A stretch of DNA of 40,000 nt from Amycolatopsis orientalis DSM 40040 = KCTC 9412 (GTDB lineage Bacteria > Actinomycetota > Actinomycetes > Mycobacteriales > Pseudonocardiaceae): contig NZ_ASJB01000062.1 in NCBI RefSeq assembly GCF_000478275.1, positions 56,344 through 96,343 on the forward strand, in the 5' to 3' direction. Numbering within the stretch: the stretch's first letter is position 1; each line of letters begins with the position of its first letter. The notes under the pieces were generated by a model. The model saw nothing but the letters and a program-made list of their open reading frames with translations, did not search any database and was not told where the DNA came from. The translations under genes were made by a program, and so were the position numbers. Shown piece after piece: positions 1-8,216 of this stretch.

Positions 1-9
1 CACGAGGAT

Positions 10-1224
10 TTACGCCCAGGTGACGGGCAGGGCGTGGACGCCGTAGATGTTCATGTCGGTCTTGAGCCGCACCTCGTCGGCGGGCACGGCGAGTTCGAGG
101 GTCGGGAAACGCCGGAGCAGCCCCTCGAAACCCGCGCGCATCTCGATCCGCGCCAGCTGCTGGCCGAGGCACTGGTGGATACCGTGACCGAACGACAGGA
201 GACCGCGGGCGTTGCGGCGGATGTCCAGGGTGTCGGGGTTCTCGAACCGCCGCGGATCGTGGTTGGCGGCCAGCAGCGAGACGATGACGGTCGATCCCTC
301 GCGGATCGTTTCGCCGCCGAGTTCGAGGTCTTCCGTGGCGTAGCGGAAGAAGATGTCGGCGACGGACAGGTAGCGAAGGAGTTCCTCGACGGCGCCGGGC
401 AGCAGTTCCGCGTCGGCGCGCAGTTCGGCCAGCTGCTCGGGGTGTTCGAGGAGTGCGAAGGTGCCCAGCGCGAGCATGTTCGCGGTGGTCTCGTGACCGG
501 CGAGCAGCAGGAGGAAGGCGGCGCCCGCCAGCTCCTCGATGGTGAGGTCGTCGTGCTTGCCGAGGTCGGACAGGATGTCGTCGCCGGGTGTCTCGCGTTT
601 GCGCGTGACCAGTTCGGTGAGGAAGGTGTTCATCCCGATGAACGCGGCCATCTTCTCCTCCAGCGTCTGGTCCCTGACCATGAGCTGCGCGGAGTTGGCC
701 TGGAACTTCTCCCGGTCCTCGTAGGGGACACCGAGCAGTTCGCAGATCACCAGCGACGGCACCGGCAGCGCGAACTCCTTGACCAGGTCGACCGGCGGGA
801 CGAGGCGGGCCATCGCGTCCAGCTGCCGCTCGGTGATCTCGACGATGTGCTCTTCCAGCTGTTTCATCCGTTTCACGGTGAAGGCGCCGGTGAGCCGCTT
901 CCGCAGCCGTCCGTGGTCCGGCGGGTCCATCGCGATGAACATGCCCGGCATCGGCGGGGAAGGTTCGGTCGGCGCGGGCATCCCCGGCGTCTCGTAGGGC
1001 ATGTGGAGGATGCCGATGTCCTGGCGGGAGCTGAACCGGGTGTCGGCCATCATCTGCCGGACCTCGTCGTAACCGGTGACGAGCCAGCCCTCGTGACCGT
1101 CGGGGAAGACCATCGGACTCACCGGGCGGGCGTCGCGCAGCCGGGTGATCTCGCGCGGCGGGTCGAAGGGACCCGCGTCACGCAGCATCGGGAGGCCCTG
1201 CGGGACGGGAACCGTCTGAGTCAT
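10..1224 (-). CDS. cytochrome P450 monooxygenase
   Basis: ORF 10..1278 (-). It has the haem-binding signature FGHGIHQCLG, an I-helix AGHETT and an ExxR motif (EELLRY). Start trimmed to the ATG at 1224 (MTQTVPVPQ...), which is preceded by an AAAGGAAA purine run. Confidence 0.9.
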   Translation of the reverse strand: MTQTVPVPQGLPMLRDAGPFDPPREITRLRDARPVSPMVFPDGHEGWLVTGYDEVRQMMADTRFSSRQDIGILHMPYETPGMPAPTEPSPPMPGMFIAMDPPDHGRLRKRLTGAFTVKRMKQLEEHIVEITERQLDAMARLVPPVDLVKEFALPVPSLVICELLGVPYEDREKFQANSAQLMVRDQTLEEKMAAFIGMNTFLTELVTRKRETPGDDILSDLGKHDDLTIEELAGAAFLLLLAGHETTANMLALGTFALLEHPEQLAELRADAELLPGAVEELLRYLSVADIFFRYATEDLELGGETIREGSTVIVSLLAANHDPRRFENPDTLDIRRNARGLLSFGHGIHQCLGQQLARIEMRAGFEGLLRRFPTLELAVPADEVRLKTDMNIYGVHALPVTWA

Positions 1225-1271
1225 CGGGTTTCCTTTCGTGGTGGTTGTGCCGACCACCCTCGCCGCCGGGC

Positions 1272-1345
1272 CTGACATCCGGCTGACACGGCACTGACAC
1301 CGGCGCCGCGGAATCCGTGTCAGTGGCGTGGCGGGAGCGTGTCAG
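1272..1345 (+). promoter_or_regulatory. candidate SARP-type operator: three direct CTGACAY heptads at 11-bp spacing plus two inverted copies
   Basis: CTGACAT at 1272-1278, CTGACAC at 1283-1289 and CTGACAC at 1294-1300. Inverted GTGTCAG at 1317-1323 and 1339-1345. CGGAAT (-10-like) lies at 1309-1314, 8 bp after the third heptad. The site sits in the divergent P450/ABC intergenic region. Confidence 0.4.
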
Positions 1346-1368
1346 CCAGGCCGCCCACAGTGGCTCCC

Positions 1369-2304
1369 ATGACAGAAACAGCGATCGCGGTCTCCGGGCT
1401 ACGGAAGACCTTCGGTGACAAGGTCGTGCTCGACGGCATCGATCTCGACGTCCCGGCGGGCACCATTTTCTCCCTGCTCGGCCCGAACGGGGCGGGCAAG
1501 ACGACGACGGTGAACCTGCTGACCACCTTGACGCGGGCCGACGGCGGGACGGCGAGGGTCGCCGGGCACGACCTGGTGAGCGAGGCCAAGGCGGTGCGCG
1601 CGGCGATCGGGGTCACCGGCCAGTTCGCGGCGGTGGACGAACTCCTGACCGGCCAGGAGAACCTGCGGCTGATGGTGGACCTGAGCCGGGGTTCCGCCGG
1701 TGGCGACAGGGTCGTCGACGAGCTGCTGGAACGCTTCGACCTGGTGGAATCCGCGCGGAAACCGGCGTCGACCTACTCCGGGGGCATGCGCCGGAAACTG
1801 GATCTGGCGATGACGCTCGTCGGCGGTCCGCGGATCATCTTCCTCGACGAGCCGACCACGGGACTGGACCCGCGCAGCCGTCGCACGATGTGGTCGATCA
1901 TCCGCGAGCTGGTGGCCGACGGCGTCACCATCTTCCTCACCACCCAGTACCTCGAGGAAGCCGACCAGCTCGCCGACCGGATCGCGGTACTCGACCAGGG
2001 CCACCTGGTCGCCGAGGGCACTCCCGGCGAACTCAAGCGCCGGATGCCGGGCACGCACGTCCGGCTCCGGTTCACCACCGTCGCCGAACTCGACGCGGCG
2101 GCGCGGATCTTCCCCGGCGCCAGCCGGGACGACGAGACGCTGACCCTGCGGGTCCCCAGCGACACCGGGACGAAATCCCTGCGGGCGCTGCTGGACCGGC
2201 TCGACGAGTACGCGATCGCCGCCGACGAGTTCTCCGTCCACACCCCTGATCTCGATGACGTTTTCCTCGCCCTGACGGGCCACGACACGGAGGCCGCACT
2301 GTGA
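1369..2304 (+). CDS. ABC transporter ATP-binding protein (DrrA/daunorubicin-resistance-like)
   Basis: Walker A GPNGAGKTT, ABC signature YSGGMRRKL and Walker B IIFLDEPTTGLD. Start uncertain: ATG 1369 (MTETAIAVSGL...) or GTG 1339. Confidence 0.88.
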   Translation: MTETAIAVSGLRKTFGDKVVLDGIDLDVPAGTIFSLLGPNGAGKTTTVNLLTTLTRADGGTARVAGHDLVSEAKAVRAAIGVTGQFAAVDELLTGQENLRLMVDLSRGSAGGDRVVDELLERFDLVESARKPASTYSGGMRRKLDLAMTLVGGPRIIFLDEPTTGLDPRSRRTMWSIIRELVADGVTIFLTTQYLEEADQLADRIAVLDQGHLVAEGTPGELKRRMPGTHVRLRFTTVAELDAAARIFPGASRDDETLTLRVPSDTGTKSLRALLDRLDEYAIAADEFSVHTPDLDDVFLALTGHDTEAAL

Positions 2305-3095
2305 GCACCACGATCATGAGCACCAGCACCGCCCGCACCGGGACCACGCGGGCGAAGTCCCCTTCCGTGGTGATGTTGCGCCGCAACTTCAAGCACCTCA
2401 CCCGCAATCCGACCTCGGTGTTCAACGCCGTCCTCATGCCGGTCGTGATGATGCTGATGTTCGTCTACGTGTTCGGAGACGCGTTCAGCGTCGGCGTCGA
2501 CTACATCGACTACGCGACGCCGGGCTTGATGCTGATGGCCGTCTGCTACGGCCTCGGTGCCACCGCGACGGCGGTCAACTCCGACATGACGAAGGGCATC
2601 ATCAACCGCTTCAAGGTCATGGACGTCTCCCGCGGCGCGGTGCTGACCGGGCATGTGGTGGCCAGTGTGCTGACCAACCTGGTCGCCATCGTGGCGCTCG
2701 TCGGGGTGGCCTTCCTGCTGGGTTTCGCGCCGGCGGCGGGTTTCCTCGACTGGCTCGGCGTGGCCGGGATCGTCGTGCTGCTCGGTTTCGCCGCGGGCTG
2801 GCTCACGGTCGCGCTGGGATTGGCGGCGAAGTCCCCGGAAACCGCGGGAATGGCCTCCGTGCCGTTGGTCATGCTGCCGTTCTTCAGCAGCGCGATCGTG
2901 CCTGCCGAGAAGATGGGCCCCGGCCTCCGGGAGTTCGCGGAGTACCAGCCCTTCACGCCGATCATCGAGACCCTGCGCGGGCTGCTCAACGGCGCACCCG
3001 CCGCCGGCGACGTGATCCCGGCCCTCGGGTGGATCGCCGGGATCGCGCTCGCCGGGTACCTGTGGGCGTCCTCGACGTTCAAGAAGCGAGCGTGA
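2301..3095 (+). CDS. ABC-2 type transporter permease (DrrB-like)
   Basis: GTGA start/stop overlap with the upstream ATPase gene. Multiple hydrophobic helices. Composition typical of the ABC-2 family. Confidence 0.85.
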   Translation: MSTTIMSTSTARTGTTRAKSPSVVMLRRNFKHLTRNPTSVFNAVLMPVVMMLMFVYVFGDAFSVGVDYIDYATPGLMLMAVCYGLGATATAVNSDMTKGIINRFKVMDVSRGAVLTGHVVASVLTNLVAIVALVGVAFLLGFAPAAGFLDWLGVAGIVVLLGFAAGWLTVALGLAAKSPETAGMASVPLVMLPFFSSAIVPAEKMGPGLREFAEYQPFTPIIETLRGLLNGAPAAGDVIPALGWIAGIALAGYLWASSTFKKRA

Positions 3096-6000
3096 CCTCG
3101 ACCAGCTGTTTCCAATCCGCTTGGGTGCCTTCCCGCGCCGCCTCCGCGAACTTCGCTTCGCCGAGGCGGCGCAGCACTGTCCGCTCGATCCTGGCCACGT
3201 CCGGACGGGAACGATCCGGCAGCCCGCGCAGTTCGTCCGCCGCCGCGAGCAGGCGCGCGGCCTGCTCGGGCTCGTCGCGGCGCAGCGCCTGGTCCGCGAC
3301 CCCGACGATCATGTGGGCGATCAGGGGCACGTGCTGCGCCTCGGCCGCCGCCTGGCAGGCCGCTTCGCGGTGCTTGCGCGCCTCCTCGAGATCGTCCGCG
3401 AGGTAGGCCAGCAGGTCGTGGGTGATGGCACGGACGTGCCCGAGTTCCGCTTCCTCGCCCATCACGCTCGCCGCGAGGGCGAGCTGCCGGGACGCCTCCT
3501 CGGCTTCGCCGCGCCAGTGGGCGAGTTCCGCCCGCGAAAGGGCCAGCATGCCCAGCGCGTCCGGCCAGGTGACCCGATCGACGTGGCGCAGCGCTTCGGC
3601 GGTGGAGGCGGCGCTGGCGTCCTCGTCACCCAGCAGCCAGTACAGCTGGGCCTGCCGCGACCGCAGCCGGATGAGGTCTTCGACGGCACCGACCTCGGTC
3701 ACGACCGTGATCGCCTGTTCGTAGTAGTCGCACGCGAGCGCGAACTCGCCGCGCATGGCCATCCGGTCCGCCAGCTCGGTGAGGGCGAACGAGATCCCGA
3801 ACCGTTCGCCGATCGCCCGGAACTCGGCGAGCGCCTGCTCGAGATGGATCTCCGCCTCCGGTCCGGGGTGGCCGAGCACGATCCGCATCTTGCCGAGGTG
3901 CAGCCGGGCCAGTGCGCGCACCCAGGGGTCCGCGTCCTCGAGCACCGGTTCCCACGCGGACAGGAAGTCCGCCCCCTCCAGCATGCGGACCAGCGGCACG
4001 ACGAGCCCCGTCAGCGGATGGGCCGACTCGCTGAGCCTGCTCAGCCGGTACGACTCGTGGATCCACTTCGCCGCGGTGTGCTCGTCGGCGAAACCCGAGC
4101 TCACGAACAGCGAGACGAGCCCGTACACCACGGCCGCGACCGCGTCCGGCGACTCGCCTGGCGTCGCGACGGCCGCCCTGACCAGCTCCATGCCTTCGCC
4201 CCGGTGGCCGCTGAGCCACCAGTACCAGCCGGAGGCCGCCGCGAGCCGCATCGCCTCGGGCGCCTCACCCGCCGCGAGCGCGCCGCGCATCGCCGAACCG
4301 ATGTTGTCGTGCTCGGAGTTGAGCTTGGCGAGCCATTCCAGCTGTTCCGCGCGGCGGAGCATGGGCTCCGCGGCCTCGGCGAGTTCGGTGAAATACGTGA
4401 GATGCGCGTGGCGCGCCAGTTCCGATTCCCCCGCTTCGGCGAGCCGCTGCGCCGCGTACTCCTTGATCGTGCCGAGCATCCGGTAGCGCGGTGCCTCGTC
4501 GCCCGCGGCGACCAGCAGCGACTTCTCGGTCAGCGCGGTGAGCAGTTCGAGGACCTCGTACTGCTCGACGGCCTCGCTGACGCACACCCGCTCGGCCGCT
4601 TCCAGACTCGCGCCGCCCGAGAAGACCGAAAGCCGGCACAGGACCGTCCGCTCGGCCTCGGACAGCAGCTCCCAGCTCCAGTCGACCATCGCGCGCAACG
4701 TCCGGTGCCGGGGCAGCGCCGTCCGGCTGCCGCCGGTCAGCAGGCGGAACCGGTCGTCGAGCCGGTTGGCGAGCTGGTCGATGGACATGGTGCGCAGCCG
4801 GGCCGCGGCCAGTTCGATCGCCAGCGGCATCCCGTCCAGTACCCGGCAGACGCGCGCCATCGTCGACAGCGTGCCCTCGTCGGCCACGAAATCCTTGCGC
4901 ACCACGCGCGCCCTGTCGCGCAGCAGCCGGACGGCGGGGGAGGACTCGATCTCGCCGGGGGACGCGTGCTTGTCCGGCAGGGCCAACGGAACGACGTGCC
5001 ACAGGGCTTCCCCGGTGATGCCGAGCGGTTCCCGGCTCGTCGCCAGGATCCGCAGTCGGCGGCATTCCCCGAGCACCCGGTGGGCGAAGGCCGCGGCCGA
5101 TTCGATCACGTGCTCGCAGTTGTCCAGGATCAGCAGGACTTCGCGGTCGCGGATCGCGGCGATGACCCGGTCGGTCGGTTCGGCGCCGGTCGAGTCGCCG
5201 AGCAGCGCGTCCCGCAGGCTGAGCGCGGCGAGGGTCGCTTGCGCGATGTTGTTCCCACCCTTGTCGTCACCGTCCGGGCCGAGGGGGGCGAGTTCGACCA
5301 GCCAGGCCCCGTCCGGCAGGTCGCCTAACAGGGTGCGGGCGGTCTCGGTGGCGAGCCTGGTCTTTCCCGAACCGCCCGGCCCGATCAGCGTGGTGAGCCG
5401 GTGCTCGGCGACGAGATCGCGGACCGCGGCGACATCGTCGTCCTTGCCGACGAAACTGGTCAGTTCGGCGCGCACATTGGTCTTGCGGTTCTCCTCGCGT
5501 CGTCCCAGTTCTCCACGCAGCAGCGCGACGTGCACCGCGGACAGCTCCGGCGAGGGATCGACGCCCAGCGCGTCGGCCAGTGCCTCCCTCGTGCGCTGGT
5601 AGACGAGCAGCGCCTCGGTGTCGCGGCCGGTCGCGGCGAGGGCGCGCATCAGCGCGGCGACGAGCCGCTCGCGCATCGGATGCGCGGCCACCAGGTCGGT
5701 CAGCTCCGTGACCAGGCCCGCGCCGTGGCCGAGGTCGAGTTCCGCGTCGAACCGGTCCTCCATGGCCGTCAGGCGCAGCCCTTCGAGCCGGGTGACCGCC
5801 GCGTCGAACGCGCCGCTGTCCGGCAGGCCGACGTCCTGCATGGCCGCGCCACGCCAGAGGGCGAGCGCCTCACGCAGCCGTCGCGGCCCCTCGTCGCCGC
5901 GGGCCTGCCCGACGAGCCGTTCGAACCGCACCGCGTCGACGTCGTCGGGCGCCACTTTCAGCCGGTAGCCGTCCGTCTGGCCCTCGACGACGCCGTCCGG

Positions 6001-6222
6001 AAGCACCTTCCGCAGGCGGGAAACCAAGCGCTGCAAGGCATTCGTCGCGTCGGCCGGTGGCTGTTCACCCCAGATCCAGTCGACGAGCGTCGCCTTCGGG
6101 ACCACCCGGCCCGGTTCGAGCGCGAGGGCGATCAGCAACCCGCGCAGCCGGGCGCCCGGCACGTCGGCGAGGCCACCGTCGTCCGTGCGAACCTCGAAGG
6201 GGCCCAGCATCCCGATCTGCAT
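3079..6222 (-). CDS. AfsR/SARP-family large transcriptional regulator (OmpR-type wHTH + BTAD + NB-ARC ATPase + TPR)
   Basis: N-terminus MQIGMLGPFEV...LLIALAL...YRL is typical of a SARP DNA-binding domain plus BTAD. P-loop GPGGSGKTRLA. Long C-terminal helical-repeat region. Its 3' end overlaps the permease gene convergently by 17 bp. Confidence 0.9.
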   Translation of the reverse strand: MQIGMLGPFEVRTDDGGLADVPGARLRGLLIALALEPGRVVPKATLVDWIWGEQPPADATNALQRLVSRLRKVLPDGVVEGQTDGYRLKVAPDDVDAVRFERLVGQARGDEGPRRLREALALWRGAAMQDVGLPDSGAFDAAVTRLEGLRLTAMEDRFDAELDLGHGAGLVTELTDLVAAHPMRERLVAALMRALAATGRDTEALLVYQRTREALADALGVDPSPELSAVHVALLRGELGRREENRKTNVRAELTSFVGKDDDVAAVRDLVAEHRLTTLIGPGGSGKTRLATETARTLLGDLPDGAWLVELAPLGPDGDDKGGNNIAQATLAALSLRDALLGDSTGAEPTDRVIAAIRDREVLLILDNCEHVIESAAAFAHRVLGECRRLRILATSREPLGITGEALWHVVPLALPDKHASPGEIESSPAVRLLRDRARVVRKDFVADEGTLSTMARVCRVLDGMPLAIELAAARLRTMSIDQLANRLDDRFRLLTGGSRTALPRHRTLRAMVDWSWELLSEAERTVLCRLSVFSGGASLEAAERVCVSEAVEQYEVLELLTALTEKSLLVAAGDEAPRYRMLGTIKEYAAQRLAEAGESELARHAHLTYFTELAEAAEPMLRRAEQLEWLAKLNSEHDNIGSAMRGALAAGEAPEAMRLAAASGWYWWLSGHRGEGMELVRAAVATPGESPDAVAAVVYGLVSLFVSSGFADEHTAAKWIHESYRLSRLSESAHPLTGLVVPLVRMLEGADFLSAWEPVLEDADPWVRALARLHLGKMRIVLGHPGPEAEIHLEQALAEFRAIGERFGISFALTELADRMAMRGEFALACDYYEQAITVVTEVGAVEDLIRLRSRQAQLYWLLGDEDASAASTAEALRHVDRVTWPDALGMLALSRAELAHWRGEAEEASRQLALAASVMGEEAELGHVRAITHDLLAYLADDLEEARKHREAACQAAAEAQHVPLIAHMIVGVADQALRRDEPEQAARLLAAADELRGLPDRSRPDVARIERTVLRRLGEAKFAEAAREGTQADWKQLVEVTLAS

Positions 6223-6254
6223 TGGGCCGATTTTGCCACGATGATCGGCCGGTC

Positions 6255-6818
6255 CTACGACTTACCGCTGATCCTGGCCGAACCGACCGAGGCCGCGGTG
6301 ATCGCCCTGGCCGCGGTCTGGGTCGACGAACCGGAGTTCAGGCTGGTCAGCGACGTCCGGTCGAGGGCGTGCACGACGAATTCGTAGGTGTTCACCGTCG
6401 AGGGCGAGCAGGGGCCCTGGTAGCCGTAGAGGCTCGCGCTCCCGCGGTAGTAGACCTGCCTGGCTCCCGCGGGCACCGATGGGCGGTAGGCGTGCTGGAC
6501 GTTCTGGGGGAGCGACGTCGTGCTCACCGGGATGTCGTAGATGACCCAGTGGATGAGGTTGGAGTTGTCGAGGTCGCGCATGACGATCGCGTAGCTCTTT
6601 GCGTCGGCGGGGGCGCCTGACCAGGCCAGTGGCGGGGACTCGTTCCGCTTGGCCGGATCGTTCCCGCCGCCGCTGGTGCACTCGTGGACCTTGGGGATGA
6701 CGCCGCCGTCGGCGAAAGCGGTGCTGGACAAGGTGAACGCGCTTTGCCCTGCCGACGCGGCAGGGGAAAGGGCGGTGGCGCCGAGGACGAACAAGGCGCA
6801 GAGCACGATTTTTCTCAC
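6255..6818 (-). CDS. secreted YbhB/YbcL (PEBP, Raf-kinase-inhibitor-like) family protein
   Basis: Start trimmed to the GTG at 6818 (VRKIVLCALFVLGATALSPAASA, a signal peptide), preceded by GGGAG. Mature part matches the PEBP family pattern (SPPLAWSGAP...YAIVMRDLD...IHWVIYDIP). Confidence 0.8.
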   Translation of the reverse strand: MRKIVLCALFVLGATALSPAASAGQSAFTLSSTAFADGGVIPKVHECTSGGGNDPAKRNESPPLAWSGAPADAKSYAIVMRDLDNSNLIHWVIYDIPVSTTSLPQNVQHAYRPSVPAGARQVYYRGSASLYGYQGPCSPSTVNTYEFVVHALDRTSLTSLNSGSSTQTAARAITAASVGSARISGKS

Positions 6819-6943
6819 TGGAGGCTCCCGACGATACTTCGGTCCGTGGGGCGATGGGTGCGCGCGCTGGACTTCAGCGTAGGGAACCCGGATTCCGGCG
6901 GCTAGCGCACTTTCCGGGGGTAACAAGGTGAATTCGCCGGTCC

Positions 6944-6999
6944 CGTGGCTCGTGAGTGGTAATGACGGTTAGAACCGTCATTACCACTCACGAGCCACG
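6944..6999. repeat. perfect palindrome (26-27 bp arms, 2-nt centre)
   Basis: (C)GTGGCTCGTGAGTGGTAATGACGGTT-AG-AACCGTCATTACCACTCACGAGCCAC(G), checked base by base. Confidence 0.95.
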
Positions 7000-7046
7000 A
7001 GGGTGTTCAGAACGTGAGGGGAGCGCGAGGGTCACTCGGGGTGAGG

Positions 7047-7091
7047 GGTGTGTGGAAATAGGGACACTGAACGTCTCTATTTCCACACACC
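7047..7091. repeat. hairpin with 15-bp stem and 15-nt conserved loop
   Basis: GGTGTGTGGAAATAG (7047-7061), loop GGACACTGAACGTCT (7062-7076), CTATTTCCACACACC (7077-7091). Homologous hairpin at 37249-37293. Confidence 0.9.
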
Positions 7092-7116
7092 CTCGCATCG
7101 CCGGTCCCGTGGCTGT

Positions 7117-7169
7117 GTCCTGAAGGACCCCTTTGAGACGGTGAACGTCGCAAAGGGGTCCTTCAGGAC
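7117..7169. repeat. hairpin with 19-bp perfect stem and 15-nt conserved loop
   Basis: GTCCTGAAGGACCCCTTTG (7117-7135), loop AGACGGTGAACGTCG (7136-7150), CAAAGGGGTCCTTCAGGAC (7151-7169). A degenerate homologue lies at 37081-37126. Confidence 0.9.
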
Positions 7170-7300
7170 GCCCTCCGCTTGCCGGGGCCATCGCTCCTGG
7201 GCGATTTGGAACACCTCGCCGAATCCCCCATCGCAGGTCGGCAGTAGGTACGGAAGGGTCTCGGGTCGAGGGGAGCGCGAGTGTCACTCGGGGTGAGCCG

Positions 7301-7362
7301 GTCCAGTTCTCGTGAGTGGTAATGACGGTTCTAACCCTCATTACCACTCACGAGAACTGGAC
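7301..7362. repeat. palindrome (30-bp arms, one mismatch, 2-nt centre), possible terminator of the 7371..8216 gene
   Basis: GTCCAGTTCTCGTGAGTGGTAATGACGGTT-CT-AACCCTCATTACCACTCACGAGAACTGGAC. It ends 8 bp from the stop codon (7371-7373) of the upstream minus-strand gene. Confidence 0.9.
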
Positions 7363-7370
7363 TGAGGGCG

Positions 7371-8216
7371 TCAGGGGCGTACGAGGACGGAGAAGTAGAT
7401 CGGCTTGCTGGCGGGGAACAGTTCCCGGTCCTGTTCGTCGACCATCTTCCAGAAGACCTTGCAGTCCACCGGCGCGGTCGGTGGGGTGCTCACGGTCACC
7501 GTCACCTGCACGTGGCCTTGCGGGGCGGTGTCGTTGACGGGGATCCGTTCCGGGGTGCGGCAGGCGCCGGGCGCGACCGGGAGGTCCGTGCGCCGCAGGT
7601 ACCGCTTCCGCCACTCGACCGTGCCGGTGTTCTTGATCTCCCACACCTTCACGAACTGGCTGCCCGGCTTGACCACGGTTTCGTCGGGGATCGTCACGTC
7701 GCTGACGAACCGGCTGGAGTCGCCGGGATGCGGTGGCCCGGCCACGTCGTCACCGCCCGGCGCCACCAGGATCACGACGACGGCGGCGATCGCGGCGACG
7801 AGGACGAGGGCCAGCGGAACCAGCACGCGTTTGGACCGCCATCGCGACCGGACGGGCGCGGGCGCGGGGTCCGGCTCGCGGTCGCCGGAGAGGACGAGCT
7901 GGACGCCCTGCCATCGGGCGTGCCATTCCTCTTCGTCACCATCGCAGGCGCGGACGAACTCGCGCACGGTCTCCCACGGCTGCAGCCGTCTGCCGGTGAC
8001 GGTGAGGTGCAGTGTCGCGTGGGACACCGCGCCGGACTTCGCGGCCATCTTCCGGAAGGACGGCTCCCCGGCCCGCGTCCGGAGCTTCCGGAGCTCGGCC
8101 ATGAACGCTTCCAGCTCCGGTGCCCGTTCTCCCGTTCGCGGTCCCGGCACGCTCCCCCTCGCGATCGTGTCCAACGTGACAACGTTCTTCGTCACTCTGC
8201 GCGGCCGCGTAAGCAT
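7371..8216 (-). CDS. membrane-anchored HTH (XRE-like) protein with C-terminal NBR1-Ig-like domain
   Basis: N-terminal FMAELRKLRTRAGEPSFRKMAAKSGAVSHATL...WETVREFVRAC, then a single TM (VLVPLALVLVAAIAAVVVILV), then a C-terminus with FVKVWEIKNTGTVEW. Start could alternatively be the ATG at 8102. Confidence 0.7.
   Translation of the reverse strand: MLTRPRRVTKNVVTLDTIARGSVPGPRTGERAPELEAFMAELRKLRTRAGEPSFRKMAAKSGAVSHATLHLTVTGRRLQPWETVREFVRACDGDEEEWHARWQGVQLVLSGDREPDPAPAPVRSRWRSKRVLVPLALVLVAAIAAVVVILVAPGGDDVAGPPHPGDSSRFVSDVTIPDETVVKPGSQFVKVWEIKNTGTVEWRKRYLRRTDLPVAPGACRTPERIPVNDTAPQGHVQVTVTVSTPPTAPVDCKVFWKMVDEQDRELFPASKPIYFSVLVRP

Larger units (their letters stand above)
6934..7362. repeat. intergenic cluster of hairpin repeats (locus 1), a mosaic of modules also present at 36952-37472
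   Basis: Modules shared with locus 2: the CGTGAGTGGTAATGA... palindrome arms; GAGCGCGAG(G/T)GTCACTCGGGGTGAG (7021-7045 and 7273-7297, compare 37222-37247); the GGTGTGTGGAAA...TTTCCACACACC hairpin; CTCGCATC; and the CTGAAGG...CCTTCAG hairpin. In addition, a 17-bp direct repeat TCGCCGGTCCCGTGGCT occurs within locus 1 at 6934-6950 and 7098-7114. Confidence 0.85.

Noticed and set aside
34-1275. 413-aa ORF on the + strand covering the whole P450 locus.
   Set aside because: It is antisense to a gene with clear P450 signatures. The translation is Arg/Gly/Val-rich low-complexity sequence typical of the wrong frame in GC-rich DNA.
3121-5328. 735-aa + strand ORF, plus several other ORFs nested in the SARP gene.
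   Set aside because: They are antisense or off-frame to a well-supported AfsR/SARP coding sequence and contain no motifs.
6934-7362. Possibility that the clustered repeats form a CRISPR array.
   Set aside because: The repeats are long palindromes and heterogeneous hairpins with irregular spacing. There is no constant repeat and variable spacer periodicity, and no cas genes in the window.
6988-7537. Short ORFs reading through the palindromes (for example 6988..7347 minus, 7316..7537 plus, 37209..37442 minus, 37411..37635 plus), with peptides such as VMTVLTLITTHENWT.
   Set aside because: Their apparent conservation comes from the DNA repeats themselves, and the same peptide appears on both strands of a palindrome. 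They have no RBS and poor codon bias. The 3' part of 37411..37635 is treated instead as an NRPS tail relic.
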